From Lama guanicoe (lineage: Eukaryota): 64,000 nucleotides of DNA. Positions 63,407 through 64,000 of the stretch are shown in pieces; positions within the stretch are counted from its first letter, which is position 1; every line of letters starts with the position of its first letter. Under the pieces are notes generated by a model that made no database searches, was not told where the DNA came from, and saw nothing but the letters and a program-made list of their open reading frames with translations. The translations under genes were made by a program, and so were the position numbers. The stretch lies in the NCBI GenBank assembly GCA_013239625.1, contig MU054323.1, forward strand, positions 16,372,029-16,436,028, given 5' to 3'.

Positions 63407-63714
63407 TAGTCATCCCTCAGTATCCACAGGGGTGGGAGTTGGGGGAGGTGAGGGGTTGGTTTCAGGATGTCCCACGGGTACCAAAATCCACAGATGCTCA
63501 AGTCTTTTATATAAAGTGGTGTAGTATTTACATATAACTTTAAATCATCTCTAGATTACCTATGATACCTAATGCAATGTAAATGCTATATAAACAGTTG
63601 CTAGTGTATAACAAATTCAAGATTTGCTTTTGGAACTCCCTGCCCCTGAATGCTTTTGATCTGCTGTTGGTTGAGTCTGCAGATGGAGAACCCATGGATA
63701 CGGAGAGCCAACTG
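63407..63714 (+). mobile_element. MER2/MER2B Tigger-family MITE
   Basis: TA|TAGTCATCCCTCAGTATCC...TACCAAAATCC..GATGCTCAAGTC...ATCATCTCTAGATTAC...GGATACGGAGAGCCAACTG. Confidence 0.88.
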
Positions 63715-64000
63715 TCCAATTCCTCATTCTGAGAAAAAGCTGGGATTGGGAAGAAGTCACTGTTTTACTCCCCACACCGCCCCTGAGCTATGTGGGCAGG
63801 GGCACTCAGCCAGCAGGCAGGCGAGTGAAGCACACTTGCCCCTCAGGGGAGCCTACCACAGAAGGGCTTCCATGAGAGGAATGCAGAGCAGAGTCCACTC
63901 TTGAGTGTAAACTTGTATGCAACATAGAGAGCACCAAAAATCTAGGTTATTTGGGAAGACATTTCACTCTGAAGTCATCTGGGAGCAGGGAAACAGTTTC

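Larger units (their letters stand above)
49491..64000 (-). other. CDC42EP3: CDC42EP3 intron (main first exon beyond the window)
   Basis: No CpG-island promoter in the window; known gene structure is non-coding 5' exon(s) plus one coding exon. Confidence 0.7.

Overview
Mammalian genomic DNA, about 40% GC by eye and CpG-depleted. It is probably from a camelid: it carries a Vic-1-like tRNA-derived SINE and cetartiodactyl-type L1 3' ends, and I recognised no Alu, B1, Bov-tA, PRE1 or Can-SINE. The only supportable protein-coding gene is CDC42EP3 (BORG2/CEP3) on the minus strand. Its 254-aa CDS (48489-49253) lies in one terminal exon, with the 3' UTR running leftward and an intron running rightward past the window edge; the main first exon is outside the window. 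The left ~44 kb is intergenic, made of old repeats (MIR, L2, L1, MaLR/ERVL solo LTRs, hAT and Tigger MITEs) with several enhancer-like islands. Repeat family names come from recognising consensus sequences from memory, not from a search, and boundaries are approximate unless a TSD is quoted. I see no new multi-gene system. The most notable observations are: (1) a periodic ladder of three splice acceptors in the CDC42EP3 5' UTR, two of which are followed exactly 27 nt later by an ATG-ATG-stop micro-uORF; (2) a ~100-bp L1-type insertion whose 5' junction is a patchwork of snap-back and iteratively templated DNA; (3) an L1 whose 5' UTR is fused directly to the end of ORF2; (4) candidate alternative 5' exons in the intron.
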